Positions 1-9,237 of a DNA stretch of 64,000 nt are shown in pieces. The notes beneath the pieces are model-generated. The model saw only the letters and a list, made by a program, of their open reading frames with translations. It did not search any database and had not been told where the DNA came from. The translations under genes were made by a program, and so were the position numbers. Origin of the DNA: Sulfuricellaceae bacterium. Lineage in GTDB: Bacteria; Pseudomonadota; Gammaproteobacteria; Burkholderiales; Sulfuricellaceae. The DNA is taken from NCBI GenBank assembly GCA_031426915.1, contig JASJPB010000007.1, positions 2,996 to 66,995 on the forward strand, written 5' to 3'. The number at the start of each line of letters is the position of its first letter. The first letter of the stretch is position 1.

Positions 1-872
1 ATGGCGCTGGCGAGGGCGTGCTGGCTGCGCAGTTTCAGCGCGGCGCGCATGGTGTAGCTCTGCACCGCCTGCCGCAGTTCCGCCAGGCTCAGCACGGGTG
101 TACCGAAGGAACGCGAGGACATGATCTGCTGGTTCGGCGCCGCAATCTCTTCCAGGCTGAGGCAGGGGATGCCGTTGAGTTCCTTCACCGTGCGTTCCAG
201 CACCACCGAAAAGCGCTGGCGAATGCGCGCGGGCGGTGCGCGCTTGAGGTCGAGCACGGTGTTGATGCCCATGGCACCGAGCCTGGGGGCAAGGCGCCGG
301 CCCACGCCCCAGACCTCGCCGACCTCGATCCCGCCCAGCAGGCGATCCAGTTCGCCGGGTTCGAACGCGCCGAAGTCGCACACGCTGTCGAAGCCGGCGC
401 GCTTCTTGGCGACATGGTTGGCGAGCTTGGCCAGGGTTTTCGAGGTGGCGATGCCGACGCAGACCGGCAGCCCTAGCAGGCGGCGTATCCTGTGCCGCAT
501 GGTCTGGGCGTAGCGCGTCAGCCCGGCGCGCTCGAAACCGCTCAGGTCGAGGAAACACTCGTCGATGGAGTAGACCTCCTGATTGGGCGAGAAGGTCGAG
601 AGGATGGACATCACGCGCGCGCTCATGTCGGCGTAGAGCGCGTAGTTGCTGGAGAGCGCGACGATGCCGTGGCGCTCCGCCAGTTCCCGGACCTGGAACC
701 ACGGCACGGCCATGCCGACGCCCAGCGCTTTGACCTCGTTGCTGCGCGCCACCACGCAGCCGTCGTTGTTGGACAGCACGACGACCGGCCTGCCTTCGAG
801 CTTGGGGTTGAACACCCGTTCGCAGGAAACGTAGAAATTGTTGCAGTCGATCAGCGCGATGTTGGCGGGCAT
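1..872 (-). CDS. umuC: Y-family DNA polymerase V subunit UmuC (5' part; runs off window)
   Basis: Manual translation from ATG at 872: [51 protein letters not shown]..., later [10 protein letters not shown]; classic UmuC/DinB N-terminus. Confidence 0.95.
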   Translation of the reverse strand, partial: MPANIALIDCNNFYVSCERVFNPKLEGRPVVVLSNNDGCVVARSNEVKALGVGMAVPWFQVRELAERHGIVALSSNYALYADMSARVMSILSTFSPNQEVYSIDECFLDLSGFERAGLTRYAQTMRHRIRRLLGLPVCVGIATSKTLAKLANHVAKKRAGFDSVCDFGAFEPGELDRLLGGIEVGEVWGVGRRLAPRLGAMGINTVLDLKRAPPARIRQRFSVVLERTVKELNGIPCLSLEEIAAPNQQIMSSRSFGTPVLSLAELRQAVQSYTMRAALKLRSQHALASA

Positions 873-885
873 GATCCTGAAAGCC

Positions 886-1368
886 TCAATTGGATGCCCC
901 CACCTCGTGGATCGACCAGCGCACCACGCCCCAGATCGTGAGGGCTTGGTCCGACCCGACACGGATGTCGGGATAGTCGCTATTGCCGGCGCGCAGCACA
1001 CAGCCTTGCGGCGCATGGCATAGCTGTTTCACTGTGAAGTCGCCTTCCAGCACGGCGATGACGATGCTGCGGTCGCTCGCCTCGACGGAACGGTCCACCA
1101 CCAGCAGGTCGCCGTCGTGGATGCCGAACCCGGTCATCGAATCGCCTGCGACGCGAACGAAGAACGTCGCTTCCTTGTGGGCGATGAGGTGCCGGTTCAG
1201 GTCGATGCGGCCCTCGACGTAGTCGTCGGCGGGCGAGGGGAAGCCGGCAGGAACCGGCGTGGCCAGCAGCGGGCCCTTTGCCAAGGACACGGCTGGCGGC
1301 TCGGCGAGCAGCGACAGCATGCCCCCCGGCAAGGCCGCCGGGCCTTCCATGCAGAGACTGGATGACAT
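886..1368 (-). CDS. umuD: UmuD-like S24 peptidase (Pol V accessory subunit)
   Basis: C-terminal 160 aa of ORF 886..1785: [27 protein letters not shown] (Ser), FTVK (Lys); directly upstream of umuC. Start uncertain. Confidence 0.9.
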   Translation of the reverse strand: MSSSLCMEGPAALPGGMLSLLAEPPAVSLAKGPLLATPVPAGFPSPADDYVEGRIDLNRHLIAHKEATFFVRVAGDSMTGFGIHDGDLLVVDRSVEASDRSIVIAVLEGDFTVKQLCHAPQGCVLRAGNSDYPDIRVGSDQALTIWGVVRWSIHEVGASN

Positions 1369-1379
1369 GGCAGTCCCGG

Positions 1380-1982
1380 CTAGTTTCTGTAGCGTCGGAC
1401 CAGGCCGACCATGACGCCGTAGATTTCCAGCGATCCCTGCGGACGGATGACAGGAAACGCCTTGTTGTGCGGGCGCAGGATGAACTTGCCGCGTTCGATG
1501 GCCAGCTCCTTGAGGGTGAACTCGTTGTCCACGATGGCCACCACGAAATCCCCGGCGCTGGCGGCGGTGCCGCGCTCGACCACGGCGATGTCGCCGTCGT
1601 TGATCCCGGCGTCGATCATCGATTCGCCCCGGATGGGGATCATGGCGGTGCGGGAAGGGGTGCGCACCAGGTAGTCGTCGACGAAGAAGGGATCGCCGCC
1701 GACATCGTTGGCCAGCACCGGCATTCCCGCCGGCACCGCGGCATCCGCCAGCGGGCGCTCGAAGAAGCGCCTGGCCGGCACCCATGCATCGTCGTCCGGG
1801 GTGCGTTCGAGGAAACCCTGCGTTTCCAGGCGTTCGAGGAATTTGCGCGCTGCCGCCTTGGAAAAACCGATCAGCGTCGCGATGCGTTGCTGCGAGGGAA
1901 TGCGCCGGGCATCGGCGTAGTAATCGCGAAGCCTGGCGAGGTGTTCGTGGTCCCGATTCGGAGTGGGCATGGCAGAGTCCAT
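1380..1982 (-). CDS. LexA-family repressor (N-terminal HTH + S24 peptidase)
   Basis: N-terminal HTH-like PSQQRIATLIGFSKAAARKFLERLETQGFL; VPAG cleavage site, RGESM, FTLK. Confidence 0.85.
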   Translation of the reverse strand: MDSAMPTPNRDHEHLARLRDYYADARRIPSQQRIATLIGFSKAAARKFLERLETQGFLERTPDDDAWVPARRFFERPLADAAVPAGMPVLANDVGGDPFFVDDYLVRTPSRTAMIPIRGESMIDAGINDGDIAVVERGTAASAGDFVVAIVDNEFTLKELAIERGKFILRPHNKAFPVIRPQGSLEIYGVMVGLVRRYRN

Positions 1983-2230
1983 GGGTTATCGTATGGAAAC
2001 CATGATAGTTGCCAAATGAAAACCTGTCAAATGGCTCGCGGTTTCTACGGAGGCTTGTCTCCGTTTCACATTTTCCGAAGTACTCAATTGTAAAAAAACG
2101 GTTTTTACTGGTTGGAACCGCAAGATGTACAGTCAGCGCCCTATCGCCATGCTACCCCATTCCCTCTATCCTTTAGCTACATGGCGAGGATAGAACTGTT
2201 ACGGATTTCAAGGAGATAAGGGGGAATATC

Positions 2231-2419
2231 ATGGGAAAAGAAAACATGATCCGGCAACTCCTCAGGGGCTTCGAGTCTGATTTATATAACATGAGCCCTG
2301 CGGAATTGGAGCGGGAATTGAAAAGTGAGTGCATGCGCCTCAGTGAAAAAACCTATAGCGAGGTTGTCGAGCTGTACTACATGGATAACCCCGGTACTTC
2401 GTTGTTGCAGCTGCGCTGA
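2231..2419 (+). CDS. Small hypothetical protein (62 aa)
   Basis: ORF in an AT-richer intergenic stretch with purine-rich RBS (AAGGGGG) before ATG; no recognisable motif. Confidence 0.4.
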   Translation: MGKENMIRQLLRGFESDLYNMSPAELERELKSECMRLSEKTYSEVVELYYMDNPGTSLLQLR

Positions 2420-2697
2420 ACCCGGAGGATTCATCAGGCAGGGCGCCAGCACGCGCGCAGGCCCGGAGAACTGTCCGGGTCGAAGGTGCCGGGAGCTTGC
2501 CGAACCATCAAGCCGATGGGGATCAATCCCCTCTGCCAATATCATGGGCACGCAATGTCAGCAGCGCCTGGTCGTACTCGAAGCGTTCGATTTCCCGTCG
2601 CAGCTGGGCGGCAGTGGGTATGCGCTACTTGCAGCAGGTTTTTGTCGTCACGGCATGGCTGAGGGTCGGGAAAACGGCAGGTGGCGGAGAAGCCGCG

Positions 2698-2892
2698 TTA
2701 TTCCCTGGAAAGTGCGAAACAGTCGTCGCGCCACTTGCAGTCAAGCTGGTCGCATTCCTGGTTGCGGGCGCTGGCGAAACAGTCGAAATTGCCCTCCTGT
2801 TGCTGGATTTCCCGTATCAGATCGGCTTTGGACAGGCTTCCTGGCTCGATGTCATGCTGTTGCGCGAGTGTGTGTATTTCCTGCAGTTTCAT
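2698..2892 (-). CDS. SAP/Rho-N-like small protein with four C-terminal Cys
   Basis: MKLQEIHTLAQQHDIEPGSLSKADLIREIQQQEGNFDCFASARNQECDQLDCKWRDDCF: helix-extension-helix pattern plus 4 Cys. Confidence 0.7.
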   Translation of the reverse strand: MKLQEIHTLAQQHDIEPGSLSKADLIREIQQQEGNFDCFASARNQECDQLDCKWRDDCFALSRE

Positions 2893-3158
2893 AACTATTT
2901 CCCTGGTCTGGTCATGATGAGGTCGATGAATCGATGGCGGCACCAGCGGTTTACTTTAGCGCATAGGTCATGACATTGATATAGGCGGAATGAGGGGGCG
3001 CCCATTCCTTGTCGTGGTTTTCCGTTTTCCTCATTTTCCCGCAGCGTCGCCATGCAGAATGCCCGATTGTGCGTAATGGTTCACACTAAGTGCAGATTAA
3101 GTGCAGACAGGGTTTACCCCTGATGCCAATTCCGGCAAGGCTTTCTAAATCGCCAAGT

Positions 3159-3233
3159 ATGCAAGCTCCCATAAGCTGCCAGGTTTTGCTGGCGGAAGAC
3201 GATCCGGGCGACGCCAATCTGGCGCGCCATTCT
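3159..3233 (+). pseudogene. Receiver-domain N-terminal remnant
   Basis: MQAPISCQVLLAEDDPGDANLARH resembles receiver beta1-alpha1, then similarity is lost. Confidence 0.35.
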
Positions 3234-3312
3234 CCTCCCCGGGGCCGCCCTGGAAGCGGCGCGAAGCTGCGCCAGAATCTTGAGGAAACGCCGCTCATGC
3301 TGCCGGAAGCGG

Positions 3313-4617
3313 TCAGGCCTTGCCCGCCCCGGCGCAGCTATCGGGGGCCAGCAGCAAAAGGTCGCTGGTTCTCTGCAGCAACTGGCTCTGGCCTTCAATT
3401 TCCGCCAGCGAGGCTTGATATTCCTGAGAAATCTTCTGCATCAGTTCATGAAAAACAGGGTAGGGCACCCGGTCGAACTGCATTTTTGCTTCGCGCAGGG
3501 ATTCCCGGGCCGTTTGGGCCTCGATTTTCGTCGCCTCCAGCTTGTTCCGGGCGAGTTTGATATTTTCGAATGCTTGCTCCGTACCTAGCTGGATATCCAG
3601 ACGTGCCTGCTCGTCCAGGGTGCGGTTCACCACTACGGCCGCACTGAGTCGGTCCCAGTTGGCGCGCTCGGCTTCCTGAAAGTTGGCCGGCATGTTGATG
3701 CTCACGCCGGCGGTGGCAGCATAACCCCGCCTGTCGTTCGCATACTCGTCAATGTAGCTCACGCCCAGATGGAGGTCTGCATTTACGCTGCTGCCGGCGC
3801 CGATTTCGCGGTTATACAGCAGGGCTTCGCGCTGGGAGCCGAGCTTCCTGACGTCTACCGAGTGACGTTGCGCCGATTGGGTGAGTTCCGCGCTGGACAG
3901 GCAAAGTTGCGGAAAATCCGGCTGTGTCGGCTCAAAGGCGATAATGCTCTGGCCCAGGATCGAGTGCAGGGTATTCAGGGCCACGCGCTGCAGGGCGCGG
4001 AAACGTTGCAGCTCATCCCGTGCTGCAGCCAGGCCATTGTTGTAACGCTGATTTTCGCTGTCGGTCCACATGCCCTTCTCATGCAGTTTCCGGGCTGCGG
4101 GGGCATTGGCGGACAGTGAGTTGAGATACTGTCCGGTCAATCGTTCCGCCTGAATGTATTGCCAATACAAGGTGTACTGGTTGCGTAGCTGGTGCTGCAA
4201 ATGACGTCGCGCGTCATCCAGCTCGATCGAATTCAGCTGGATTTGCGTTTGCGCTGCCTTTATCGCCTCGAGTTGCTGTGCGCGGCCGCCCAGCAGTGGG
4301 TAGCTCAGCCCGACATGAGGCTGTAGCGCATTGTAGTTTCGGGTCAGATTGTCGGTGACGATCTGCCTGTGGTGCCCGACATCCAGCCTGCCGGAGATTT
4401 GCATTCCTTCCCTGGATTGTTCCAGGCGCAACAGTTGCTGCGCATAGTTGATTTGCGATTCCAGCGCCTTGAGACGTAGCGAGGAAGAAAGCCTGTCTTC
4501 AAGTTTGGACAGCGGCAATATTTCGGCGCGGGCCGCGAGCGGGACCAGCAACAGGCCCAGCATTGCGTAGCGCAAGGCGCGATTTTTTCTTGTGGTGATC
4601 TTTGATACGTGTGGCAT
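3313..4617 (-). CDS. TolC-family outer membrane channel
   Basis: Signal peptide (LLLVPLAARA), coiled-coil Gln/Ala-rich repeats, two beta-hairpin segments (VGLSYPL; GVSINMP). Confidence 0.85.
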   Translation of the reverse strand: MPHVSKITTRKNRALRYAMLGLLLVPLAARAEILPLSKLEDRLSSSLRLKALESQINYAQQLLRLEQSREGMQISGRLDVGHHRQIVTDNLTRNYNALQPHVGLSYPLLGGRAQQLEAIKAAQTQIQLNSIELDDARRHLQHQLRNQYTLYWQYIQAERLTGQYLNSLSANAPAARKLHEKGMWTDSENQRYNNGLAAARDELQRFRALQRVALNTLHSILGQSIIAFEPTQPDFPQLCLSSAELTQSAQRHSVDVRKLGSQREALLYNREIGAGSSVNADLHLGVSYIDEYANDRRGYAATAGVSINMPANFQEAERANWDRLSAAVVVNRTLDEQARLDIQLGTEQAFENIKLARNKLEATKIEAQTARESLREAKMQFDRVPYPVFHELMQKISQEYQASLAEIEGQSQLLQRTSDLLLLAPDSCAGAGKA

Positions 4618-4634
4618 GCAGGCCCCCTTTGTCT

Positions 4635-5942
4635 CTACCAGTGCGGAATCCTAGCCCATATTTTCTCCGGCACATAGGGGTGCCAGAGACGAATGCGCAG
4701 AAATTCCCGCAGCATGGAAAGCAGCTCCACCATATGAATCGGCAAGCGGTAAAAAGGGTAGAGCGGCACCAGCCACAGCATCTTCAAGCGGGGCGTGGAG
4801 GCGATGTCGTTGGCAATCAGCATCTTGATGAAAAGGAAGAAGGCGGTCAGCCAGTACATGACGGTCAGTAGCGCCGGCGCGGAGAAGGGGTCGCTCAAAG
4901 CGAAATAAATCACGCTCCACAGCGCGAGAAAGGGAAAAACGACCCGGAACAGCAGGATGTCGACGAAAACAAGCGCATTGACGATGCCAAAGTGCCAGAA
5001 GTGATAGAGATCTCCCTGCTTGTGCAGGCGGATCTTGACCATGTTCCGGGTCCAGCGGCTGCGTTGGCGCAACAGCCAGCCATAGTGGTCTGGCACATCG
5101 GTCCAGACGATGGCATCCAGCGCAAAGCGCAGTTTCCAGCCCTGCTTGCGCAAGCGTACCGTGAGGTCGGTGTCATCCCCCAGTCCCGAGTCGTAGCCGC
5201 CCAGTTGACGCATGGCGACGGCACGGAACATGCTGCCCGCACCGGGCAGAATCGACAGCAGATTCAAGGGTGCGCGCCACAGTCTGGAAATGCTCACGTT
5301 GAGCGCATATTCGCACTCCTGGAAGCGCGTGACCAGGTTGCGGGTCGCATTCTTCACGCGCAAATTCGCGGACACTGCGCCTACCCTGGGGTCGGCAAAA
5401 GGGGCGAGCAAATGCTGAATGATGCCGGGCTGCAGCTCGCAGTCCGCATCCGGCACGAAAATGAAATCTCCGCGCGCCAGAACCAGGCCGATATTCAGGC
5501 TGCTGGGCTTGCCGTTGTGGTTTTTTGCCTCGAATACGCGCACTCGCCCGGTTTTTTCCCATGCCCGTGCGCGCGCCACGCTCTCGTCGGTGGAGTAGTC
5601 GTCGACGAAAACGACCTCAAGATTTTGATAGCCGCATTGCAGTGCGGATTGAATCATTTTCGCAATGCTGTGCTCGACATTGCGCCCCGCGATGACGATG
5701 GAAACCAACGGGTTCGCGGGCAGGCCGGAACCTTGCGCGGCGGCCAGCGCGCGGGGGTAAAACAGGCAGGTCAGCCACAGCAGGATGTCGGGCAGCACAA
5801 AACGCATCAGGACCAGCACCACAAACCAGAAAAACAGATTGGCGGAAGTCAGCAGTTCGCCCAGTACGCGCGTCATCCCGCCCATGCTCACCAGGCTCAG
5901 CGGCGAGAGAAAGTACCCCAGGAAGCCATTCAGGTGTTCCAT
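4635..5942 (-). CDS. Processive GT2 polysaccharide synthase (PgaC/IcaA/HAS-like)
   Basis: VSIVIAGRN, DDYSTD, GKPSSLN, DADC (DxD), GDDTD, QRSRW (QxxRW); N- and C-terminal TM helices. Start chosen at MEHLNG. Confidence 0.9.
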   Translation of the reverse strand: MEHLNGFLGYFLSPLSLVSMGGMTRVLGELLTSANLFFWFVVLVLMRFVLPDILLWLTCLFYPRALAAAQGSGLPANPLVSIVIAGRNVEHSIAKMIQSALQCGYQNLEVVFVDDYSTDESVARARAWEKTGRVRVFEAKNHNGKPSSLNIGLVLARGDFIFVPDADCELQPGIIQHLLAPFADPRVGAVSANLRVKNATRNLVTRFQECEYALNVSISRLWRAPLNLLSILPGAGSMFRAVAMRQLGGYDSGLGDDTDLTVRLRKQGWKLRFALDAIVWTDVPDHYGWLLRQRSRWTRNMVKIRLHKQGDLYHFWHFGIVNALVFVDILLFRVVFPFLALWSVIYFALSDPFSAPALLTVMYWLTAFFLFIKMLIANDIASTPRLKMLWLVPLYPFYRLPIHMVELLSMLREFLRIRLWHPYVPEKIWARIPHW

Positions 5943-5945
5943 GAT

Positions 5946-6181
5946 CCTAGAAACCTCAGTTGGACGTGGTGGAGTGCGCGGTTTTTGGGACGCAGGGCAA
6001 GGCGCAATGACGCGGAATGGTCGTTCCATTCCAAGGAATTGCAACGCAGCCATGCGTCCCAAAAACCGTGTAATCCACCACGTAGCGGCCTCACCAAATG
6101 GGTGAACCCATGATTAACGAAGAAATTTATTATATTCATTGCATTACACACTCAATGGAGCGGTCAACTGAGGTTTCTAGG
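5946..6181. mobile_element. MITE-like element, 236 bp, with terminal inverted repeats
   Basis: CCTAGAAACCTCAGTTG (5946-5962) is the exact reverse complement of CAACTGAGGTTTCTAGG (6165-6181); ATGAT direct repeats at 5941-5945 and 6182-6186; internal imperfect inverted repeat. Confidence 0.8.
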
Positions 6182-7171
6182 ATGATGCTCCGCGCTGGTT
6201 GCCAGTTGAGTTGCCAGGTCGCTTTCCTGGTTGAGGTCGACAACTTGTGCCTGCAGCGCATTTCCCGCGCCGGCAAGAAAGCGCTTGAGCCATATATCCG
6301 CCCCGGCCCTGTCCGTTGCCGGTAGCAGGATCATCAGGCGCTCCTCTCCATAGCGCCCGATCTTGTCGGAATTCCTCAGACTCGCCGCCATGTGAAACAC
6401 CCGCTTTTCCGTTTGGGCCTCATCGCCCGCACCGAGCCGCACCATGATCAGGCTGAAGGCCGTGCCATAACGCTTGGCGCGGCGCATCTCGTCCTCGAGC
6501 AGGAACATGAAAACATGCCGGCGATAGATAGGGCGACCCTCTCCTTCCAGCAGCAGTTCTTCCTCCTGGTCGAACAGGCGTCCATTGTTCAGGGCCGCCA
6601 TGCCGAGAGAGCTCAGGCGGTAGCTGTGGACATCCTTGTGCAGCAGCTGGTCGCCCGGGGTGCGTGTCTGGCAGACCATGCACAGGCCTTCCACTTCCGG
6701 TACCTGGAACGAGGCGTGACAGCTGTGACAAGTGAAGTTTTCGCCCGGCACATCGTGGTCCGTGCCCAGGTCTTCCAGGCGGCCATGGCATTTCGGGCAG
6801 ATTCGCCCCTTGCCGTCATGGGCAAAGGCCTCGGCTGGCCCCACGTAGCCGCAGCGGAAATGGTGCAGCAGCGAAACCGGCGAGATGTGTGAGGATTTGC
6901 ACGCGGAGCATGCTTCGCGCACGTTGACGTGATGGCTCCCGCAGGAAGGGCAAACGCTCAGGCGATCGAAAAACTGTTTGTCCAGGTAGTCGGCCGTGGC
7001 GAGATATTCGAGGTCCTGCATCATCTGCTCGGCAACGCCCGTTTCAAACTGCGGAAAGTGGGTATATCCATGGGCGTGCCCGGCCTGCCACTGGGGCAGC
7101 AAATGGCCACCGCATTGCTGAACCTGCTGCAATACCACCATGGGTTCGGCGTACTTGTTATCCATAGCCAT
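6164..7171 (-). CDS. Multi-CxxC Zn-binding (TackOD1-like) domain fused to a degenerate GGDEF domain
   Basis: CPSC, CSAC, HFRC, CPKC, CHSC, CMVC; C-terminal EMRRAKRYGTAFSLIMV...LRNSDKIGRYGEERLMILLP. RBS GAGGAG before ATG 7171. Family name recognised from memory. Confidence 0.75.
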   Translation of the reverse strand: MAMDNKYAEPMVVLQQVQQCGGHLLPQWQAGHAHGYTHFPQFETGVAEQMMQDLEYLATADYLDKQFFDRLSVCPSCGSHHVNVREACSACKSSHISPVSLLHHFRCGYVGPAEAFAHDGKGRICPKCHGRLEDLGTDHDVPGENFTCHSCHASFQVPEVEGLCMVCQTRTPGDQLLHKDVHSYRLSSLGMAALNNGRLFDQEEELLLEGEGRPIYRRHVFMFLLEDEMRRAKRYGTAFSLIMVRLGAGDEAQTEKRVFHMAASLRNSDKIGRYGEERLMILLPATDRAGADIWLKRFLAGAGNALQAQVVDLNQESDLATQLATSAEHHPRNLS

Positions 7172-7194
7172 TTGGTGTTCCTCCTCTCTTGTCA

Positions 7195-8301
7195 CTAACT
7201 CTTGCCCCACAGCCATTCGCCCCACGATGAAACGGGGATCCTGACCTGTACCCTGGAATCGAAAATCAGCTGCTCCCGCAGCGCCGGGTCAAGCTTTTCC
7301 AGGTTGTCCAACGCGATTTTCACCGGACGGTACTGGGACCACTGGTTGTGCTGCCAGAAATAGCGGGTCAGCGTTTCGGGCAGTTTGGCGGCTTCAGGCG
7401 TAAGCGCTACGATATGCCCCGGCAAACTTTCTGAAATGCCCGGGATGCTGATGTAGGCGGGCATGCCGACACTGAGCCTGGAAATTTCCGCGGGGTCGGT
7501 GAAGACCATCACATAGGCCCGGTCGACATCGAAAATGCGGTAGATCGGCGTTCCCGCCTCGACCACGGCATTGGGATGCGCCGCGCAATCGAGCACTTGG
7601 CCCGAAGCGGGGGCCAGTAGCGGTTGCGTGCTGACGCGCTTGCGGGCCGTCTCTATCAGGCTTAACTGCTGTTCCAGGGAAGCGACTTTTTCCACGCTGC
7701 CTTTTTTGATCTGCGCCAGGTTCAGCTGCGACTTTTGCCAGGCTTCCCTCAGCGCAGCCGATTCCGCAGCCGCGCGCTGCCCGTCCGAACGGGCGGCGTC
7801 GCGCGCCATGCGTCCGATGGCGCGGGCATCGTACAGCTCGTCATAGGCCAGGGAGAGCGTCCTGGTCTTTTCTGCCGAGGAAGCTGCGGCCTGATAGTTT
7901 TGCCGCGCCATCTGAACTTCCATGGCGGCCGCGGCAGCGCCCTCGTTCTGGTTGATCCGTTCCAGATGCAATGAGGTCTGCCTGGTCTGGTAATCCGAGG
8001 CATATTGCTCATCGAGAATGAAGTTGCTCACGATGACCAGCGGCTCACCCGCTTTCACCTTGCTGTAGCAACTGGTGATCTGCTGGGTGATCTGGGCCCG
8101 GTAGAGCGGGGCGACCGGTATCAGATCGCCATGCAGCAAGCCTTCCACACGTACATTGGCGGGCGGCACGGCGACCGCATACGCGAAAGTGCCGCCAAGC
8201 AGCGGGACCAGGGCGATTCTGGCCCAGCGCCGTTTCTTGCCTGCCGCCACCGCGCCGGGGGTTGATTTTGACTGGGGTTTGCCGCGGAAATGCATGATCA
8301 T
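7195..8301 (-). CDS. HlyD-family periplasmic adaptor (membrane fusion protein)
   Basis: Single N-terminal TM after basic stretch, biotinyl-lipoyl half motifs (VKAGEPL; LLAPASGQV), long coiled coil. Confidence 0.88.
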   Translation of the reverse strand: MIMHFRGKPQSKSTPGAVAAGKKRRWARIALVPLLGGTFAYAVAVPPANVRVEGLLHGDLIPVAPLYRAQITQQITSCYSKVKAGEPLVIVSNFILDEQYASDYQTRQTSLHLERINQNEGAAAAAMEVQMARQNYQAAASSAEKTRTLSLAYDELYDARAIGRMARDAARSDGQRAAAESAALREAWQKSQLNLAQIKKGSVEKVASLEQQLSLIETARKRVSTQPLLAPASGQVLDCAAHPNAVVEAGTPIYRIFDVDRAYVMVFTDPAEISRLSVGMPAYISIPGISESLPGHIVALTPEAAKLPETLTRYFWQHNQWSQYRPVKIALDNLEKLDPALREQLIFDSRVQVRIPVSSWGEWLWGKS

Positions 8302-8305
8302 CTCC

Positions 8306-9202
8306 TTAATGTGAAGCTTGCGTCAGGATGGCGCTCAGGGACGGATAGTCGTTGATCGCTATGCCGCGATAGAACGGCGCATGAGTCTCCAGGCGCGCAT
8401 CGATCTCAAGCAGGGCTGCGCTGAACTGGTCAAAGGTGGCGCCGGCATAGCTGATATCCCTGCTGGCGCCCTGGTTTGTGGTGACACCGAACCACCACGG
8501 TTTTTTCATCGCATCCAGCTGCCCCAGCGCTTTTGCGGCGATGCGCAGGCCTTCGCCGGGAGCGCTACGGTAGGCCATCATGACCGTGGCATCGAGCTTG
8601 TCGGCCGCGCTCTCCAGTATGGATTTTCCTGCCCCGTCGGGAGCTGCGATGGCGGCGAAGAACGGAACCACCGCGGCCGTCAGCGGGAGCTTCATGCTTT
8701 GGCTGGCCTGGCGTATGTTGCCCAGCAGCTCCAGATACCCCTGGACGACCTGTTCGCGTGCGCCTGTTTTCCATTCCGGCAGCGCATGGGGCTCGATGTC
8801 GAGGCACAGCCCATCCATGAGCTTGCTGCGCTGCTGGAAATCGAGCAGTTCGTCCACCGCCCTGGGGATTTGCCGGCCGCGCCTGCTCCAGGCAGGGTCG
8901 CCGGCCACGGCGTAAAAAGCGATGCTTTCCTCGCGGCAGGCATGGAGGACAGCGTTTTGTTTTTGCCCGCCCGCGAACAGTTGTGCCCGCTCGCTGGGCG
9001 GGATCGAGTAAAACACGCTGCGGAAATTGAATTGACGTAGCGTAGCCATGACCTGATCCGATTCCGACAGCGGGGTGCGCCATACCCAAAGACTTTTGGG
9101 TATGGCGGCAAATGTGCTGCTGGCCCAGACCTGGCCAGACCGGCCCGCGATAGCAAGGCCAAACCCTGCGGCCAGGTACTTGAGGCATTGGCGACGCTGC
9201 AT
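8306..9202 (-). CDS. TAT-exported TIM-barrel protein, putative glycoside hydrolase (GH18-like)
   Basis: Twin-arginine-like signal MQRRQCLKYLAAGFGLAIAG; DGLCLDIEPH resembles the GH18 DxxDxDxE motif. Confidence 0.6.
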   Translation of the reverse strand: MQRRQCLKYLAAGFGLAIAGRSGQVWASSTFAAIPKSLWVWRTPLSESDQVMATLRQFNFRSVFYSIPPSERAQLFAGGQKQNAVLHACREESIAFYAVAGDPAWSRRGRQIPRAVDELLDFQQRSKLMDGLCLDIEPHALPEWKTGAREQVVQGYLELLGNIRQASQSMKLPLTAAVVPFFAAIAAPDGAGKSILESAADKLDATVMMAYRSAPGEGLRIAAKALGQLDAMKKPWWFGVTTNQGASRDISYAGATFDQFSAALLEIDARLETHAPFYRGIAINDYPSLSAILTQASH

Positions 9203-9237
9203 TGTCTTTCCCCTTTGACGTGAAACAAGCCCATGCT

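Noticed and set aside
1369-1785. Apparent long N-terminal extension of UmuD
   Set aside because: Off-frame reading of the lexA-like gene; low-complexity Arg/Gly sequence.
1983-2230. LexA/SOS box upstream of the cassette
   Set aside because: No CTG-N10-CAG or convincing palindrome found by eye.
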